A stretch of 64,000 nt of DNA from Botryllus schlosseri (lineage: Eukaryota). Position 1 is the first letter of the stretch, and every line of letters starts with the position of its first letter. This document shows positions 13,501 through 28,500 of this stretch, piece by piece. Position numbers and translations under genes: made by a program. Below the pieces are notes generated by a model that saw only the letters and a list, made by a program, of their open reading frames with translations, was not told the DNA's origin and did not search any database. The stretch covers positions 26,040,001-26,104,000 of the forward strand of contig CM119375.1 in NCBI GenBank assembly GCA_051294905.1. Reading direction: 5' to 3'.

Positions 13501-16500
13501 GTCGAGTATTAGGCTCCAATTGTTGGTACAAACTAGGTGGGCGGATTTTCATAAAAATCAACCCCAAGGCACATACATAAAAGAATAAACGTCTATTTTC
13601 GCTCGCTCAGACCGCGGTGTTGTTGCAGGTCAGCGGACCAGACGGAGACGGAAAATACTTGCTGGAATTTCTGCAGAAACCGGCCAGTCCGAGTCAAGAC
13701 GACACTGTGGCGAAGCTTATGGATTATACCGACGCGTCGAAACAAGTCATGGATCTTGTTCATGAGGTAGACTAAACTTCTGGACCTTGTTACAATATTG
13801 GTTGAACACTATGAGGCAAACAAATAGATAGTCCTTGTAGACTAATAAGTGCAAAATGCCGTAATCTAATTAGTGAAATGTTTCTTTGCTTTGATTTTAA
13901 GTTTAATCTAATTTTTGGTTTCCTGAAAAAGCTATAAGAGAACTTTATCTTGCTAAACGAGCCAAGTTTATGTGCAGACATTTGCCTTTCTCAAGCCTAT
14001 GGGAATGAAGTGTGATTTGATATGAGCTGAACTTGATATTTTATTGTTTGACGTATTTCTTTGTAATTCAGAATTGAATACAAAGATTTTTGGAATTTGG
14101 TAATTGTAATTCTAATATAGTTTGGAGAAGCTGAAAACAATTTAGTTGTCCTTCTCTGGTGTATAACTGACTTAGTGATTGCTCGTTCTGCCATTTTTCA
14201 GGTGTTTCACCACCATCGCGAACTGGAAAGGGTTTGGAGAGAGAAAAAGACATTGCTCACTCAGCGATATCAACTCCGTGTTTATGAACAGGATGTAGAA
14301 CAGGTTATCCCAGGCTGTTTCACTGCTTCACGGTCATGATTATGTCTATTGTTAACTGCAAATTGCAGGAAGTTAAAAAAGTTAATGGAACACGTTGGCC
14401 TGGGAAAAACTAGCAGTAGGCCTATTCCAAATAGTTATATGCTTACTGCTATTATTGTTTGAAAAGTGAATGCACTAACACTATCAATATGTAGTTTTTC
14501 GTTGTGCAAAGGACATATAAAGGGCACTTAATTAAGATTACCAAAGATTCGGAGAATTTGACAAAAAGCTTGTTAAGCATAAAGCTACTATCCGTATTAA
14601 ATCTTACGGACGTCAAATCACTCAACTGATGAAAGGCTTTTGAGCAAGCGACATTCTACCCATCAGGTTTTGAGTTGGATCACTCATCACGGAGAAGCCT
14701 TTCTTGCCAAATACACGGGTGTCGGAAAATCCCTTCATCGCGCGCTGCAGTTGAAGAAACGGCATGAGGATTTTGAAGATGTTGCTCAGGTATTGTTTAC
14801 GCTGAAGCCGCATTCTTAATAATATTCAGGTTGACAGCATTGCGGTGTATGAATGTATTTGATGAATGCTGTCTCACATGTATCGGCTATGAGAATCCTC
14901 CTTGCTCAACCCTGTGTCAGATCATTGCAGTTACAGTTGCACCTCAGATGCACCGGCCCTACACAGACAAACCTGTGCTGGGATGATTGACGTCCACGAA
15001 CGCCCTGGAATTAGGGTCGGAATTAATGATTAGAAATTTCATCATTGTACAGCAACACAAAAATTGTTGATAGAATGAAATAGATTGCCTCGATAGCCTT
15101 AAAAAATACATTGTCCCGAATCAAATTAAGTTCTACTCTTCAGTTATAAATGCAAATGCTGTGATGGATGATTTCGTCAAGCAGCATAAATCCTTCTCAA
15201 AATCCTGGGGGTATCTTTATATATAGGACTAGATCGAAAAATTGCAAGCAGCAAGTATTTTGACAATTAACATTCACAATCCTAGTTTTCAATTTCCTCA
15301 TCAAGTGGATTTGTCATTGATATTAATGTGTTCGTCGCTTAACTATATCAGAAGTTATTTTAACAGGTCCTCAAATAGATCTTGTTGAATATAGTTTGCA
15401 ATCTCTGAATATGTAACATTCATGAAGCACAGTAAGATTTTTCTTTCTACCAAAATTGTCAGATTGCAACAGATTATGTATTTGAGAGTGGCTGGTAAAT
15501 TTTCATACTAGGTCCCCGTGTGGCCTGCTCTGTGGTAAGACGATTCGCTATTAGATGGAAATTCCCCTAGCTGTTACCCTGGAGGGAGCAGTGTAACTTC
15601 AGTTATTCACTCTGTTTATTTATTACGAATCCATTGTTATGTTTGACAATGAAGTTCATACAGCAATACAAAAACACCGAAGCCCCTTGAGGTTTTGAAG
15701 ACTATCCATAAGTACGGCTGTCGTTATTCTTGATGCTATTTTAAAATATCAGAGTTCTAGACAGTTAGATGCCTACAATAGATTAGGTGGTTGATTTTGC
15801 ATCTGTAAGCTAGCTTAGTTAGTATCAGGAGTGATCAGTTTGAGCTGGGACATTGCAGTTTTGACATTTATTGAGTGCAGACAGAGTTGGGATTGGAATT
15901 TTGAATGTACTGATGGTAGTAATTATAATAGACAAAGTCCTAGTTACCTTTCACTGGGAACCTCTGCTCAATAATGATCTCGTACGTCTTATAAAACGGA
16001 ATTCTGATGCTTTCAAGGAGTGCTGTCTTAGCAAAACCTATCAGTACTTGCTAGCTGTTGTAGCCCCTGCCAATTAAATGCCTGCAAAGTGCATGCACTA
16101 TGTTTGTTTAAATCGTTTCGCCACCGTAATTGTTGGTAAATAAAGGTAGAGGTGGTACATAAACAGTGCAAAGCTTTGCAGGTAGTGTACAGGACTGGGC
16201 TCGCTGAACCTCGTTACTCTGCGTGGTTGGACACGCATTGCGTTAGGCCTAGCGGCGCCAGTCTAGGGTCTCTTGGGTCCTGTACCGTATGGACGGAACA
16301 GGACTATGTCCCGTTTCCGTTCATGCGTTACCGGACTGCAAAATCTCGGTAATTTTAAGCACAATGTTAAAACTTCAAGTCTCCTGTATCATTATCACTT
16401 TGCTGGTGTAGGACTGTAGGGGTTGCCACAGCGAACCAGTGATCAGTATTATATAGTAAACATTTCCAGGCCTAGGCCATGACTGCCACCGGAATAAATT

Positions 16501-19500
16501 TGCTCGTCATTGGCTAGGTTTTACGGTGACAGGTGACATCCATCGATCTGATTTGAAGCAGGGCCTGTATATTGCGAGAACAACGCAGCAATCACGGAGC
16601 CATGGGCGTTGACATTGCAAAGCCTAGAATGATAAAGGGGGCATCATGTTACTGAGGGCCCTATCTGTATATTGGCCGCCTTCGACGGGCAAAATACGTT
16701 TAAATATGTTTAAATATGTTTCAAATGCAACTTAATGTAATCTATGGTCCGTAGAATATGATCATGTGACATTTAGGCATGCAACACGGCTTAAAGTTGG
16801 GGTTAGGGTAGGGTTGCCATGTTTTGGAATCGGTAAAGGAAGACACTTTGCCAAACGATAGAAGTTGGCTGATTAAAAGTGAAAACATAAAATTTTGATA
16901 TATTTACTGGAAATCTTGTTGTGTTGACTAGAAAAAAGGTCATCGCTTTCATTTGACTCCCAAACATCCGCATCACCTATTTCATGTCATTTGTGCCGAT
17001 TTTCAGTTGACCCTGACCATTACCCTATCTGTAAAAGCTGTAAAGTAGGACGAATTGCCGAAAAAGAGGACATTTAGGCGTCCTCGGAGGACATTTTCAA
17101 TTTTCTGAAAAAATGGGAAAAATCTTCCTAAAGGAGAACGTATCGTAACACTAGGTTAGGGTTAGGTTATGATCGGGTTAAGAGAGAATCTTTATCTTCA
17201 TGCAACCGAAATACGGAAGAAACAGACGGTAACAATGATGACGCAGAACAGAATATGCATGCACAATATTCGGTATCAGATAGGAATGATCGATATAACC
17301 TTGGAGGTCAACTAGTCCGATCACATCAGCTACGGTGTAAGGTTAGGGTAAGGGTTAATTTTTTGATTAGCTTTATGTTTGAAGATCTAAAGTCCCATGT
17401 TCAAGTGTCACATGCCTAACTGCGTTTTTCATTATGTAGCATACTCAAATGCCGGGCAACTGTAATACAAAGCAAAAATAAGAAAACTCCAGTTTAATAA
17501 CACGTCTGCTAGTAGGCCTGTTTTCGTGTTAGCCTGCGTTTTCACTACAAGGTTGTAATTGATAAACTGCTTTTTGAATTGCCGCGACGCTATCGAGATC
17601 TATTGACCCTACGCAGTTGGCAAGCGGTAGCGTCCCATGTCGCGACACATGTCTCGGTGTATAGTTCTAGGTGAGCGGGAGCGATAACGCCGTATGTTGG
17701 CGGTAGACAATCGTTGTCTTGCTTGGTCACGGCTGACCGGAAATGTTAGTTTTACGTTAATGTGTTAAAGATACACTTGGAGGTACAGAACTTCAATATA
17801 CTACTGAATAATATCTTCATATTGAAATAAACCTAAACATTTTCGGCTGACACTCTAAGAACTATATATCAACAATCGTTGATTGGTAGAACATTTTGAA
17901 ACGACTTGGGTGTAGTCTTTCAGTCAGACCACCACCTTGGATATGTAAATAAGAGGCACGCACAATGCACACCGAATGAAAAAAAGCAGGCGATTAACGT
18001 TAAAAGGCAAGCGATTAAAATTAAGTGGCATGTGACGGTAGACGAAGTCGACAACGGCAATCACCAAACATGGCAGCCGGCTATAAACATAGAGACGGCT
18101 GACATTCGAACAGTGTTGCACAAAATCTTTGCGATAATTGGCCAAGGTTGTGGTTGCTGACCTGTGAGAATCCCATGGTCGGCGTATGGATTTTATTAGG
18201 ATTGTGGTAATATTAGGATTGTGGTAAGTCGGGTACCTGACGCCTGAGTGATTCGGTTCCGAATCGGGTATTAGGCCGCGAGTATCACTTATTATGACGA
18301 CATCATTTATGGAGTTCAAATATGTACCTTTATGCTGCATCTACAAAGAAAGCAATGCCAGTTCTACGTCACATCAAATAATATTTGTACTTATTTCATT
18401 TTACTTAAGACATCCTATGCGTTTTGATCATGACTTCACAAAGCGTTATTTCCACTAACGCGTGTAGCTCTGCACTTCATGTTTCGTATTGCTATAAGAC
18501 CTTCTGCTATAAGTATCGAAACTATAATTCTCATAACTCTTAGTGGCAACTGGCAAGGATCGTATCGAATCAGCACTGGAAAAAATCTGCTCTCACTAGA
18601 CGCGTGTCTCAATCATTACCATTAATATTCGACTGGGATTCGATTACTCGAATTGTTGCGCCCACCTCTAATTTTTAGTTGACGCGGATGGGCATCAAAT
18701 CGTGCGTTTCCAGGAATATCGTTTTCCGTCGCACGTTCACGTAGCCACCGGCGAAGGCCGCGTAATTCGAGACGGCCGTTTTGCGTTTAGCATGATACGA
18801 AATCACAATTTAGGCTTGAAGCTCTGGCTGCGAGAGTCCGTAGCATAGAATATGTTTCGGTAATATAGTTTGGAGAGGAAAGGGTACTCCCCGCACGAGC
18901 TTTCTCGGGTTGTCTACTGCGCTAAGCCGAATGAATGTATTCCAATCCAATTCCTCTTCAGAGCAGAGCTTCGCACCCTAGTTTCAATATAGAATCCTTC
19001 CACTTTTCATAATAGTTTCGTATCGTGTATGTTCCGATTCCTTGTCTGGTACTGAATTGAATACATTCGCTTTTAAAAGTATTTCAAATTTTACAATTGG
19101 ATGATATATTCGTGTTGAAACGATTGACGATATCCTCTGATGGGTGTATTTCAGTAGGAATATACCATTCAATTCTATATTGAAGTTCTTTGCGTCCGGT
19201 CCAAGAGTCTTCTTTTGAAGTTCAGTATCCAAATGAGCAAATATGATGACGATGCTCGTACCACTCCACTCCGGTTGTATTGCGCTGTTGCTCGTGGGTG
19301 ATGATATTTAAATTCGGAACGAAGTCACGTACAGGTCTTGCTCAGAAAGCAGCTACCAAGAGATATAGCGGACAAAAAGTCAGCGTTATCTGATCATTTC
19401 CAAGGGACAAATGTGCTGTCTGCTTACTTGGTTAATCGGTGACTTTCCCACATTTGAACAACGGATGTTATTGTTATCTTATTCATTGCGCTTGTTATTT

Positions 19501-22500
19501 GGATTATATTAGTATTTCGACATCTGCGATAATTTAGCGCCGCGATAAATCGTTTCCTACTGACTTGGGGCGCTGTCTGCATGTACCTGTCGTTCGCATT
19601 ACCACAACGCCCACGCACTACGGCTACCTCAACCACGTAATTTGATTTTAACTGTTAGAAAGGATTCTAATCATTACGTGAAGTCCCGATTTTGAGTGGC
19701 GCGGCGATTACTCCATTGTGAGAGGCATTGTTGTTCCGTTTCAGTAATTAGGTGTTGATGTTAATACGCGTGTGAGTATTGTCGCCGACTTTTCAAACTA
19801 GGAAGTTCATGTTCTGATCGGTTTCTCGCCCGCGTGACATTAATCTAGTTTAACGCCATAGACATACTGTCAGACTTATGTCGCATTGGTAGCTGTCGCG
19901 TGCGTTATAAATATAATCCATCCTTCAGTTGTTCTTTATTGAGTCAGTCGCGGTATGGCGTCATCTGTCAAACTTGTAAAAACTAGTTAATTGACGGTCA
20001 ACTAACTACTGGTTTTTTGAGCACTACTAGTTCTAGTTGCGCATTTTGAAAATCCAGTAAATTTTGCAAGTTTGTAGGAAGACATTGGCGAACTTGAAAA
20101 TTGATTTACTGCTCATTCCGGTAGCAGCCGCTTGTGGTGGCTACTGCGTATTATTAACCTCATTAGCCGCAGTTGAAATGAAACTGCCTGTCACTCTGCG
20201 CGTTTTAAGAGGGATTTTATGTGGCTTGTAAACGATCGGGTAGCGTTCTAAGAATAGCATAGGGCACCCAAACAATTTTCTCTCGGTAATTCGATGTCGT
20301 GAATTTGGACAAGGTAGCTTGGTCGCGTCGCGGCATTCTCATGATTTGGTTAATCGCGGAATTGATCGACGTGCTTGATAGTGGCAGCATACTACCATCG
20401 TGCGGCGTCCTGCGTTCGTTGTGGGTCTGCGCTAAAGAGATATCACTGCTTGATGCGGTATTGGTTGCGCCTATCGGGCATCGTTGCGCTAAACCCCGAA
20501 ATCAGATTCCGCGCCGCTGGCGACCGGCGAGCTACTAGAGGAGTAGCGCGATGGCCAAAAGAAAGTGCATGATTAGTTGCAGGCAGTAACATGCAGTAAA
20601 TTATATATATATCGAGTAAATACAGCAAAAACGATTGTTGTGATACAATGTTATTTTGAATTCTCTACGAGTTGCAGACGATTACGCGCGACGAGTGTCA
20701 GCCGAAAATATTCGGGCTTATTATAATATGAACATTGAACATACTATTTAATCGTATATTGAAGTTTTGTATTTGAAAAAACTCTTGGGGTAGTACAGAA
20801 ATTCGGTATATAGTTGAATAATACATTCATATTGATAAAAACTCGACAATTTTTGTCTGACACTCGTCAGCAACCAGTAGAGAAGTCAACGATTGCATCA
20901 ACTTTACCTGCAAGAGTCTGCGCTGTAAATTTATAACCGCGATATGACCGTAGGAATCTTGCGTCATTACGGCAACACTAAATTTGAATGCATGTATCGG
21001 TATTTTATAAACTCATTTTCACTTGCCGTTATGCTTTCTCGACTCCCGTAAAACGTAGTTTCTCCAGACTATAGTTATATAGACTACGGTAGCATTACTC
21101 GCATATAACACATTGAACATAGTCGCGGTGTAACGTAACTAGCACGGTTTTGCTCGAGAAGCGTCCTACTTTAATTCACGCGGGTTAAATGCGTAGAACA
21201 CTGGCGTACTGTGTGTCGTTCATAGATAAACCTTTGTGTATTTTCGATGCGCCCGAGCTTTCGGACGACAGTTGAAGATATCGTATTTTGTGACTATGAC
21301 GTCACAAGACAGATCCTGTGATGGTCGGCGATTAGGGAAGGGACGCGATTGTGATGTCGCGACAGCGTTATAAGAACTGGGGGAAGATTGTTTGCTTGTC
21401 GGCCGAAATAGTTATTATCTGACTGTATTTAGGAATGTGGTAATGCTCGAAAGAAGCAGCCTACCGTGACTGGGTCCTTCAGTGAGACATGTTGTATTGT
21501 CTGCGAATATGATCCAGTTAGCGAATAGTCGCCAGCGACTCGGGATTGTCTGTGAATCATGCGCTTTTAGCCGATGTTATGTGGAATTCGCGAGCGTTAA
21601 GAACTTGGGACACGTTGAAAATCCTGTAATTCTCTAGTTGTGTAGTGTTATAGATGCTTCATAATTGTTGCATCGATTTTGCGTTTGCCGACAGCGTTAT
21701 TCAGCTTTAACTTGACAAGGGTATCGAGTGTCTTACGATAGAATTTCAAGACCAGTGTCGATATCGGCACGGGCTTCGTTGCGAATTCAGAACTTGCATG
21801 GGTAAATAACGGGCGGACGTCTCCGTCTTTCGTAAGATTATGCCAGCAACAATGGGGTATTTGCGGCGTCCGGCGGTGTTGCGTAAATAAACATTCCCAG
21901 TATCCCGTAATTGTATAATTAGCGCTGTGGCGTATTATTATCAAGCTCTTTATGTCTGCCATTAGCAAGACGTGTGCCTGATAGGAAACCGCATAATCCT
22001 ATAATCCGAATAGGGTGTGTTGAGTTTTGCTGTACTTGGGATCTTATAAGATGACTGGTAGGTGTTGAGTATGTTGGATCGGCTGCTATGTTTGGGCCGG
22101 GGTGCATCTATATGTTACACTAGATGACTAGAACTACGTAGACCACGGAAAACCATTGGAAAATAAGCGAGTATCAAAACAACGTACAAAATAGTATGTA
22201 TCAAAACAATAGCCTATGTTTCAAGTGTCTCTTTACCTTTTTGGTATAGTCTCAATACTTATTCATAGTTTACATGTTCCCGTTTAGAAAATAGATCGCC
22301 TGGTGTTAGCCCAATTTTTCTGAAACCAATTCCGTTGATACATAATGATTGCCGATATGCTCACTGTGAATCTTCTGGACTGCCGATAGTTTCATAACAG
22401 ACTTCGATCGTTGCAGCTGCAGTGTTGTGAGTTTTATCAGTGTTATCTCAAGAGCGGTGATCTGGCGAATGACTCTTTGGGTGCCTATGCCCGGAGGCTC

Positions 22501-25500
22501 ACTAGTCGGAGGTCAAATACTTTCGGGTGATTTTGAATCGTTGATAAACAAAGTCGATGCCGTCCTTTCATCAGTTTATATCAGTTCCAGATCAATTTTT
22601 GATAGAAAAGTTTTGTTTGTGATGGCATTATTTCAAAAGGATGAGTTTCGTGCAGTAGTAGTGGAATTGAACTGAGAATTGATTCGTAAGTTCATTAGTT
22701 CATTGGCGGATTGAGTGGGATTTTGAGTCATGTAGGCCTACTTGAAGAGTGAAATTGCGATTGTGGACATAATATATATCTTACATCTAATGTTATTCAT
22801 AATCAACAGTCATTTATGTATGTGCCCGGTGACAGGATACAATGTTAAGGCTTAGTTGAGATTGGGTTCCGATTTAAGCGTATAAAGTTTCTTGTTCACC
22901 TCTCATAAATGGATTTAAAATATCATTTTATGTGGGTGTGGAGTGGGCTGTGTGTTTAAAAGTCATTTTTGAGTAGAGTTGCCTTTGCAATTTATCCATG
23001 CTGGATAATATAAGACTCGTTTTAAATATTGTCAGCACAAGTCATTGAAGTGAGTATTTTATCGAACTAAAATGATTTACACCTAGTTTTGTTTCATTGG
23101 CGTTTTCACTTCAACGATTTCTTTTGTCATGAACTCATGTGTTCAATTGTTATGGAATCTGACAGATGAAATATTGCATATTTTCTTCTCAAAGATATCA
23201 CAGCTCCTGTGCCAACACAGTTTCAGTCTGTCTCTCATTATCTTTTGTGTTTCGAGAATTCTTGTGTGAATGGTTGAGGGTGCCTTTGTGACGAGTTATA
23301 GCAACAAATGTAGAAGGCTTTTAAAGTGTCGAGGTATTCAGGCAGGATTTGAGTTTTGGAGTTTGTGATTTTGTGTTGGGAGGATGCTTTCCTTCTTTTT
23401 TTGTTTTTTTCAATGATAAATCCAATGAATTGTTGCACTTTTCAGTCGATAACTACTTTGCAAAATGATATCAAATAATCAGGCCAAATATCTAATTTCA
23501 ATCTCAGTCTATTTTAATATGTTTTCAATGTCATTATGTGTCCTTGTCAATGAACAATTGTACAACTATGCTTTGGGTAAATGGATATTTTTCAGTAATC
23601 CTGGGTCTTGACGTTCAATGTTCGTGCACATGCCCAAACACTTCAGTGTTGTATGACGATTATATTTGATAATTATCAAGCCCATCTCTTCTAAATTCTG
23701 CAGTAGAAGTTATTTTAGTTGATAGTTTACAAAAACTCTTTAGCGAGTATTGACCTTCAGTGCCTTTAAACTTCACAAATGTTTGCTATATATAATAGCT
23801 GACAAGTGACTTGCAAATAATGTGGAAATGTCATACAAAATAAAATCTCCGACTTATCCTACGATGCTAGGGTAGAATGATAATAAATAATGATAACACT
23901 GTAGTTATTGTTCACCATTGTCTTTGGGACAACTTGAATGTTGTTTGAGCGAATCACATTCCTTGGCAATCTTTGAAGTAGGCTTAACTTGGTGCCACTC
24001 TAAATGAGAAAGGTATTCTGGACAAGTCTAAATTCTATAGTGAGATTAGGTTAACCTAGTATTTGGGAAAGGAATTATTGCTTGTAATCTGCAACAAACA
24101 GCTGCATTACAACATTATACTACTATAATGATGATGTATCAGATTATTCGGAACCTAAATATTGATATATCAAGGCAAAGTAATAATTGTTTTGACTATG
24201 ACCAATGATTCTTAAACATAAGAAGTTCCACATTATTTGTGTCTGAAAGTGCCGTACATTGCTATCAACGGGTTAATAATAGATGGAACATTATATGTAT
24301 GTTGTACTCTATTGTGTCTTCATATCCATGATTATCTCTAGGCAACTGCTCTGAGTTGTTGAACTTGGTCTCTTGTGACCACCTTAAGGATTTACAGTAA
24401 ATATGTTGGCAGTGAAGCAAATCATGACTTTGGTAGTTGAAAGGCTACACTTCAGTCAGGCCTACTGTACATAGCAAAGTAGTTGATGTATGACATTTTT
24501 TAGGACTTGACGGATTTAAAATGTTTTCTTAAGCACTTGAATCGGTTAGAATTCCCCCCCCCCCCCTAACTGCTATTTGTTTAACTTGAAGATTGCGACT
24601 TGGATAGTTGTGCAAGAACATTTGAGGTTTGAGAATAACAAGAATTGATAACTTGGCAGTTTACATCGCTAACCAGACTTCATCAGTATTTTTGAACTGT
24701 ATTAGTCATTGTTAATTCCATTGAACAAGGAATCATCCTGTATGTAGTATGTTTACCAGAAGAATTCCTGGTCCTGGATTGTAAGACCTGCTACCTCATG
24801 GGCTTTAATGCCACCAAATTATAAACAAGATAGCAGTCCTGCTGCAGTTGATTAAATCATACATCTGGTTGTGGTTATTCTGTTGAATAGATTGTTTGTT
24901 TGGACAACTAACCACATGCTGATAACTATTATTTTGAAGTGAAAACTGGTATGATGTATATGTATGGTATGTATATTGTTGAATAGTATATTCATATTGA
25001 AATGAACCCGAATATTTTCGGCTGACACTCGTCAGGGGTAATCGTCAGCAACTAGTAGAGAAATGGAAAGAACATTGTATATCAACAATCGTATCACAAA
25101 ATATGACGTCACCAGCATGAAATTTCGTGAATGAGAGAGCGTTCAATGTACTATTTTTAGGTGGTACACGAACTCCTTTTGTTGACAGAGTTTTGGTTGG
25201 TGTATTTTGAAAAATTTCATGCTGGTGACGTCATATTTTGTGATACGATTGTTGATATACAATGTTCTTTCCATTTCTCTACTAGTTGCTGACGATTACC
25301 CCTGACGAGTGTCAGCCGAAAATATTCGGGTTCATTTCAATATGAATATACTATTCAATTGTATATTGAAGTTCTGTACCTCCAAGAAGCTCTTCAAATA
25401 TGTATATTGTATAATTCTGAAAATTTCAGATCATCTTGTCTAGTTTGGGATGGAATTTCGCCATGGATGGTATGAGACATCTATCACCTGCCTATGTGTG

Positions 25501-28500
25501 CATATTTATTTTTGTTATATTATGTTGAAAAATCGAATAAATTTGTTGAGTTATAGTCATTATATTCTTTCCAGAAGATTCTATCTGTTATTATTTATAC
25601 TTTTACGTTAACCTTGTATATTTTTGCTGTTATTTGAATGAGTTGTTGCCACCAATCATGGCTGTTTTGATGGAGGAATTGAAACAGATTGAAAGAGACG
25701 TGATGGATAATTTGGGGGTTAGTGTACGAGGGCACTTTTTGACAGTGCTCGAAATATAGTAGCCTAATATTTCTGTTAGAGCCTGTTAACCGGATGTCCT
25801 GGATTCAAATGTTTGTTCAAACTGATCAAAAACTGAAATAATCAATTGGTGCAAAAGACCAATACTGTTGAATTTCTCATACCAAGATAATAAGACTTAC
25901 TTATAAATTCGCAATGCCAATTTATTGCTGTTCATTGTTCATATGTTCAAGCATGAGCGATAGATCTTGTTCTAACGGACAATCAAATGCATTGTTGAAA
26001 TTAGCTTTGTTTTGGTGTTATGACATCATGCGTCTGCTTACACACACCCTGGAAATGTTGCCATTGCTACATTTGACATTGTGCTATTTTTAACTGAGTT
26101 TAAGCAACTGATGATCCCCGCTGTGTTTATCGAGTCCATTGAAGAGCCAAGTTTCTAACCCAGCATATCAATTGTTGGGCTGTATGTTCTGGTGTTATGG
26201 CTGTGGTGTATAGGCTACCTCTGTTTTGAGTAAATATAAAACATAAAATGTCAAGTGCAACCTCTTGAATATTCCGTTGAATATTTTAATTGACAACAGC
26301 AAGCATGCAATATGTAGATTGTAAGCCTTCAATAGGCTAGGTATTGAAACTTGATGCCATTCTGATATATTTTATCTCATAGACCTTGTTCAATATTATC
26401 TACTCCCAGACTGACACCATCCACTCATTTTACATGGTTACTCCATGACTTTTATTTCTACCTTGTTTTTTCAGGAATGGGTGCCTGTTTTGTATAATTG
26501 CAGGCATGTAATGAGTTTTATATACACTTAGGGACACTTATTTTCTGTGCATATATTATTTGTTTCGCAATCTGCAATGGGATTCATTGTGATTGAAATA
26601 GGCTACAATTGCATTTTGTTTTTAGAACACCTACACCAACGCTGACAAATTGCTGGAAGCCGCAGAACAGCTGGCACGTAATGGAGACTGTGATCCGAAT
26701 GAGATATATCAGGTTTGGTAACAATTTTGATGATGACCTTTAAGAATTTTTGGATGAAGCCTGTATGGGCACGTTTATAAAATCAAGCTGATCCACACCG
26801 TGTCACCGGGCCTGGCAAGTTGGTAATATGAAGTATATCGATCATTTCGGATGTGTGATGATGATTAAAACCATGAATATCACGGAAAACGTGATGATTA
26901 TAAATTTTAGGTTTGTGCAAACCAATCAAATCTAGTTGTAAACCTTATTATCAAAATAAACTGTAAATTATTGTATTGTATTAAATATAAATGAAATTAA
27001 TTCAACCTTTTTCAACGTTAAGGGTTTTGATATACCCCAAGGAACAAATATCCATGAAAATCTTGTCAATGAAGCAACACTATGAAATCTACTTTAATTC
27101 CGTAAGATTTCAAAAAACTTGATCACTATTTTATTTTTGCCTCCAAGTAAAAGTTGTGAAATAGGAATACCAATTTTCTTCAACACGGTCAACAGAGCAG
27201 GTAATATCTTCCTGTGTAACTCACTCAACATTCACATTTGGATGCTATCTCCTGATGACTGCCTGATTTTCTGATTAATTTTTGTAGATCTGCAAAATAT
27301 TGTTTCTGCACAAGTCTGTGTGAATAGCCTGGTGGCCACTGCCTGAAAATGTCTGGAAATCGCTTAGACGAGCTTATGTAGCAGACTATTTTAAAAGCCA
27401 AACCCTGCTACAAATGTCAGCATCAATCCAAATCATGGATTGAGTCATGATCATGGCCAAATCCACGTCCGGTATTGAGTCGATAACATTCTTAAATTGT
27501 ATAGAAATTCTAAATTACTGTTATAAGAAATTCCACGTCCAAGTCCAGTTAAGCGAAACTTGTTATCCAAATCATATTGAAATGTTCATGATGGAGTTTT
27601 TCAAATCGACCTCCCATGCTCATTGCTCAATTGCTCATGTTTATTTCGCATGTTTTTGCTTTGAATGCATTCAAATTAACGGCAGGCCTACTGGTCTAGG
27701 AATCAGTCACTATTATGCAGCAATAACGCCCCATTGCTGTTATTGACACAAACCCTTACTTGAGATGTTATGTTGTCCTAGGTTGCAAGACATCTGGAAG
27801 AGAGGATACACGATTTTGTCAAGCGCGTTGAACAACGACGAACCTTACTGGATATGTCCGTTTCATTTTTCACTCACGTGCAAGAGGTTTGTCTTTTGAT
27901 TTTTGTTATCTGCAAGGTTGTTGTTGTCATTTTAGTTGACATTTCAATAACCATGCGTTCTCTGACCACATTCTGTTCAAGTGTGGATTAGAAGATTAGA
28001 AATGGAATTTCACATTCCTGCACATACTGGATATTGTAAATGTTTGTGTTGATCTGTATCCAAGAAGAAATCCGTTACTGTGATATGCTTCCTGTATACC
28101 TTCTGTAAATATCAAGATGTCGTACTACACGGAATCTTTTCATTCCGCATCTTGTGTACACTTTTGGAATTCGTGGTATGTTTGCCCACATTTTAAGGTG
28201 AAAATTGGTTTGAACAAGACAGCAGAGTATGCTTTAGTTACTTTATTTTCTTTTTCTTTTGTATTCTTCGATTCCTGTTCACAATTTATTGCCTTTTGTG
28301 ACTTTTTTTCGTTTTTGAATTCGTTAATAGCAGTGTTTTTAATGTTGGCTTAGTGGAGGGCTGATTCTTCAGACGAGTATTTGTGTGTAGAGTGTTTGGT
28401 CCTATTGATACTTGCGTTGTGGTTTTTCTTGGAATATGTTAGATTGATAGGTGTATCTACATCTGTATCCGAACTTCGTGAAGATTTGGTTGATTTTCTC

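Noticed and set aside
17924-18340. 138-aa minus-strand ORF as a nested gene
   Set aside because: Runs across a degenerate MITE and has no recognisable domain or splice context.
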